Positions 59,901 to 64,000 of a stretch of 64,000 nucleotides of DNA are shown here, piece after piece. How positions within the stretch are numbered: position 1 is the first letter of the stretch; each line of letters opens with the position of its first letter. The notes beneath the pieces were generated by a model. That model was given only the letters and a program-made list of their open reading frames with translations, was not told the origin of the DNA and searched no databases. The stretch lies in the NCBI GenBank assembly GCA_040285855.1, contig JAUFOQ010000004.1:2728001-2792000 (forward strand), read 5' to 3'. The stretch is from Eukaryota sp. GEM-RC1. Its lineage: Eukaryota. The translations under genes and the position numbers were made by a program.

Positions 59901-61157
59901 AACGAAAGAAAAAAAGAAATTTTGAAAAACTTGAAAGGAAACGTGGCAACAGAGGAATAGTCAAATTGACCGAAAGCGAACGATTACAGAGGTACTCAAC
60001 TGAGTTTGAGAAGAGTGTGTGGAATGGTCAAAAGTACTGGATTCCTACAGTTCTGATACTCCAAAAAGAAAATCATGTAAATTGGAAGAATTTTCAAGGT
60101 ACATGGTTAACAATGAAGTTTTCTGTGCATTAATGAGATCAACCACAACTGGAAAAGCAACTGCTGAAGGATTACCTAAAAAGAAAGGACCATCTAAGAA
60201 TCTATCTAAGAAAGGACCATCAAAGAAACTACCTAAGACAGGACCAACTCAACAAATACCTGCTGCAGCTGAAGGTCTTTATGAAGAGAAATTTTTTAGA
60301 CGTAGACGCCTTACCCAATATTCAAGAAAAGAACGAAGTGAACAAAACTTGGTCCACAGATTAGCTCTCCAATATGGTGATCCAGATGAAGTCGTTGTTG
60401 GTTTTGGGGATTGGAATGACACTCAATTCCGAAGAAGAAGGGGTAAGGCAAGTACAGTAAAAGGCGCTACTCTTCGAAACTTACTAAGAAAATTTGGATT
60501 TAAAGTTTTCTTAGTTGATGAATTTATGACAAGCAAATGTTGCTCTGCTTGTGCTGCTGAAAACCAGGAAGGTATCTGTTCCAATCCTGACTTTGTCAAA
60601 GTCATTGATCCTCTGTGGAAGAAGAAGTTACAGAAGGAGGAGAAGAAATTGAAAAAGAAATTATGGAACACAATCAATTAGACAATATTGTGAAACGTAA
60701 TTTTGAAGATGAATGGACCAAACAGTTGCCATTCATGAAAGAAAGATTAAAGAGCAAAAAAGTCTCACCATGGGGCTTAGTTCAGTGTGCTAAATGTCAT
60801 GTCCTCTGGAATAGAGACTTCAACTCTGCTATTAACATTTATAACATTGTAAATGGAATTATCCAAGGTCAAGGTAGACCTGCTGTCCTCGAGAGACCAA
60901 AATCTCAAACAATAACTATCGAGGATGGTGGGATTACAGATCAGGTTCCCAAGAAGAAGAGTGTGAGTAAGTGTCAGTTTTGTCATATGGAAGGCCATAC
61001 AACGGCAAAGTGTCCTCAAAGACCTGTGCCTCCTAAAAGTCCTCGTACATGTACGATATGTAGACAACCAGGACATGATAGAAGAAATTGCCCAAGTAAG
61101 GCCCAGAAAGATGTACCCAAAGACTCACAAGTAGAGAATGAAGAACCGGAATCCTGA
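56976..61157 (+). CDS. Fanzor1 (eukaryotic TnpB-like RNA-guided nuclease) with an N-terminal PolB-exonuclease-like domain and C-terminal CCHC knuckles; broken by homopolymer frameshifts
   Basis: IITNYKNNMSQHF, FPL...IPNHIRFDT, SDGLSCS, RuvC-I IVAFDPN (D 59408), FRYT, Y....FRRRRL..Y....SE, VGFGDW, RuvC-II FLVDEFMTSKCCSAC (E 60520), CAKC..WNRDFNSAINI (D 60816), GRPAVL, CQFCHMEGHTTAKC, CTICRQPGHDRRNC. Confidence 0.88.
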
Positions 61158-61290
61158 ATCTTATAAGTTAGCTCGTCCTAAAAGGCTTGCAAATGAGTGG
61201 CACAATGTGTCAAACTGTGGTGATAGTGCATTATGCATTTGAAATGAAATCCACAGGATTGTCTTTTCTGAGTCGTTTTCTCCAATTCTG
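61158..61290 (+). ncRNA. Candidate Fanzor omega-RNA scaffold / element right end
   Basis: Lies directly 3' of the Fanzor stop. Stems GCTCGT/ATGAGT enclose CCT-AAA-AGG, and CTGTGG/CCACAG enclose GTGCA-TTA-TGCAT. Function is inferred from position. Confidence 0.4.
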
Positions 61291-61769
61291 AATAGAGTAC
61301 TGGTACATCAAATATTAAAACTAACTGCAGATCCCTTTTTCGATAAGTCAGCTGGCATCAGATGTTATGTTCCGTAGTGATGTTGAATTCGAACTCATAG
61401 TCTTCAGTGTTTCTTTGTATATAAACAGGTAACTCTTAGTCTACTGCACTCTTCACAAAAATTAGTCTAAATCAAGGTAATTGTTGATGTTCACATTTAG
61501 TCTGAACAAATACTTTTTTGATGAAAAGTAATATTTCTTCACAACAACATTACTACAGTACTACTCCTAGTGCAGTGTACATACATCTAACAATCAATAT
61601 CCTCAAAGTCCAGATTGCCTATCTGCAAATTCTCACCTAACTTATCCCCATATTCTATGCCAAGAGACAATCAAGCATTATTTAACAGAAGTCACCATAA
61701 CTTTATAAATAGCAAACACAATTCCAGTTTTCCAAAATCAAATATCTCAACCACAAATATGTCATTAAT

Positions 61770-62480
61770 CATCAAGTCGTGTTATGTCTGCATATACGTT
61801 ATGTTGTACGATTAACATATTCTTTGCCCCTGAGTTATCAATTGATTTCTGTCGGGCTTTCAACAAAATTAGCACAGAATTCTTGGCATATCTTTTGCAA
61901 GTCAACCCGAATTTATTGAAAAAACATATTTTTTCTAATGTCAATTTAGGTGGAATAGGGTTTACAAGTTCTAGATACTGGACAAAAGCTGCTTTCATTG
62001 GTGGAGGGAAAAACTTAATATTTGAATTTAGTCAGAGATATCCTGGCAAATTGTGTCTTCTAGAATCGTTAAACAGTTTCTATTTGAATAGTCTTCGTAA
62101 AGAAGTCAGTTAGTCCAGAAGTTTGGTCCACTTGTTTTCCGAGAGAAATTCAGGATCTCCCAGAAAGAAGTTTGGTTTCTTTGAGATTTGCTCTAAAAAA
62201 GCTTCAGCATCATCTTTCGAAACATTTTGAAAGTTTGGATTTTGTTGTTCGCATTAGCTCGGCTAAACAAACTAATCCTACTTTCGCTAATTTTCTGTTA
62301 GATTTACAGGATAGCTCTGCATCAGCTTTCCTCAATCAAATTCCGCAAATTTACGGATTGTTACTAGATGATCATCAGTGGACCACTACAATGCGTTTAA
62401 GATGCTTTTATGGCCTCATAATCTACCCAATGATTGTTACTGCAAATGTGAACAATTGGTAACGTTATCTCATTATTATT
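61770..62480 (+). pseudogene. Non-LTR retrotransposon remnant (CRE/SLACS-like post-RT region)
   Basis: NLGGIGF......AAFIGG, KKLQ..LS, AFL..IP..YGL.L......MRLR, then CYCKC....LSH. Confidence 0.55.
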
Positions 62481-62727
62481 AGGTATTCTGCAAAAATGCC
62501 GATCTCGGGTGTTGGTTTTTCTTACTAAAAATTCGGACGACTAAAGTGGATGTAATTGCATAATGGATGAACTAACTAAAATTCAATACCATCAAATCCA
62601 AATTCCCTATTTCAGCCACTTGCCCACGTACAAACTGTCGTTTTTTGTCGAATACAGTATAATTTATTGTATATTGATTTTGCAGTTCTTCCATTCAAAT
62701 GAAGCCCAAAAGTACATATATCAATAC

Positions 62728-63237
62728 CATACCTAGGCATGACATCATGACGTCATGGCAAATTCGTGTCATGACAACCCGCCATGACGTCATGACGACA
62801 TTGTGTTATTTTGTGAAGTATTATGACATAGCATTAAATACATCTGAATCAAATGAATCTTTTGTCGCCCGACATTTTCCAAACAACATTTCTTCCTTAA
62901 TACAGTTACATTCTGACATTATCTGATATTCCATGTTTATATGCACAATCTTTAGTTTAAATGACATATTGATGATGATGATGTAATTATATCACAACAA
63001 ATGAATCCCAAACTCGTGCTGGTGCAAAAGATTATTCAGTGAGGTCCTTAGCGGTATAAGAACTGAAAATATTGTGGAAATGAAGAAGAAAAAGATTATT
63101 CATACATGTACTAGTAGACTATTGTTGAATAACTATCAATAAATATTGGAAATTGTCATACTGTTATGTCATATTGTCATGTCATGGAGTGTCATGACGT
63201 CATGACAGAATTCAATTTGTTGTCATGCCCAGGCATG
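62728..63237. mobile_element. hAT-type MITE, 510 bp
   Basis: TIR CATACCTAGGCATGACA vs CATGCCTGGGCATGACA (15/17), 8-bp TSD ATCAATAC, GTCATGAC palindromic repeats. Confidence 0.9.
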
Positions 63238-63679
63238 ATCAATACTCACGGCTTCTCAAATACACTCCATTAATAGAACAGTAGGTGAAACAGTTTGAAC
63301 ATAGTTTTTGAGGTCATCTGCATGTACTTTGAGGTACTCTACAACAGAAGACTCAATTCGTGGATAAAATTGTTTTTGAAGAGTACTACTGTACTAATAC
63401 ATGTAATACATGTACCTGCATTCAATGTAGTTTCCATCAATTGATTTCTATCAATCAGACACTGTCTTTTGTACCTGGAAATATGGAGAAGTTCTACTAA
63501 GTAGTAGAGTACATTTCAGCTGTTTCATGTTTCCTACGAATCATGTACTTGAAGAACAGTATACTGGTATCTACACAAAATGATAAACCACAAGCAAATC
63601 GATTTTACAGTTTAATATTTTAGTTCTATAAGTAAAAACAAAACTTGAAGGGGGGAACAGTCACTTAAAATTGTACAGT

Positions 63680-64000
63680 CTAGGGAGTGACGTTGGAACT
63701 TAACCAATCAAGACCAGTAAACAAACCATCACCGTTCAATGCACACGTGGGCTGGATGAACCACGTGTTTCGAAGTGAATCAAGTTCTAATTTGTCTGCC
63801 AGTTCCGATGGAGTCATAGCATTGGGGAGATCTTGTTTCTTTGTTAAGACAGAAAAAACGACATACGTTTGCAAAAATAAGTAAAGTGGCATTTCGAAGA
63901 AGTTCGTCACGCATCATATGGTGCAACTCACAACGGGCACAGCCTTCCACACAGTTGGAATCTCTACATGCTATTCTGCTTCGATCGGCGGAATCAACAA
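63680..64000 (-). CDS. ADP-ribosylation factor (Arf) family GTPase, 3' part, with intron 63839-63866
   Basis: VDSADRSRI...[29 protein letters not shown]...[19 protein letters not shown]. Splicing restores the NKQD G4 motif. Gene runs off the window. Confidence 0.9.

Overview
AT-rich eukaryotic DNA, probably from a protist, almost entirely mobile elements and lineage-specific repeats. The Arf gene carries a 28-nt GTATGT...CTTAACAAAG intron reminiscent of metamonads, but the taxon is inference. Left to right: (i) a ~6.1-kb tandem duplication plus a third partial copy. Each unit carries a ~170-bp 18S rRNA fragment, and the two full units carry a Crinkler-type NTPase + PD-(D/E)xK nuclease gene with hypervariable blocks. 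(ii) TA-flanked MITEs and an internally deleted chromodomain Ty3/Gypsy element with ~90-bp LTRs. (iii) Nested hAT-type elements with clean 8-bp TSDs inside a decayed LRR gene. (iv) An intact ankyrin-repeat gene with a MITE and a hAT inserted just upstream. (v) IS630/Tc1-like transposases repeatedly paired tail-to-tail with an unknown partner gene, plus ~48-aa mini-copies of the transposase N-terminus. (vi) A Pif1 helicase split by an Ac-like hAT. (vii) The most notable locus, ~54.9-61.3 kb: a SET-domain gene followed by an apparent polyprotein of 2A (DIESNPGP) peptide, Ulp1-like protease remnant, PolB exonuclease-like domain, Fanzor1 (TnpB-like RuvC with a D/E/D triad) and two CCHC knuckles, with a structured 3' region that could be the omega-RNA. 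(viii) A CRE/SLACS-like non-LTR remnant, a MITE and the 3' part of an Arf GTPase. Many reading-frame breaks are single-base differences in homopolymers and may be assembly errors. All family assignments are by motif recognition; no searches were run.
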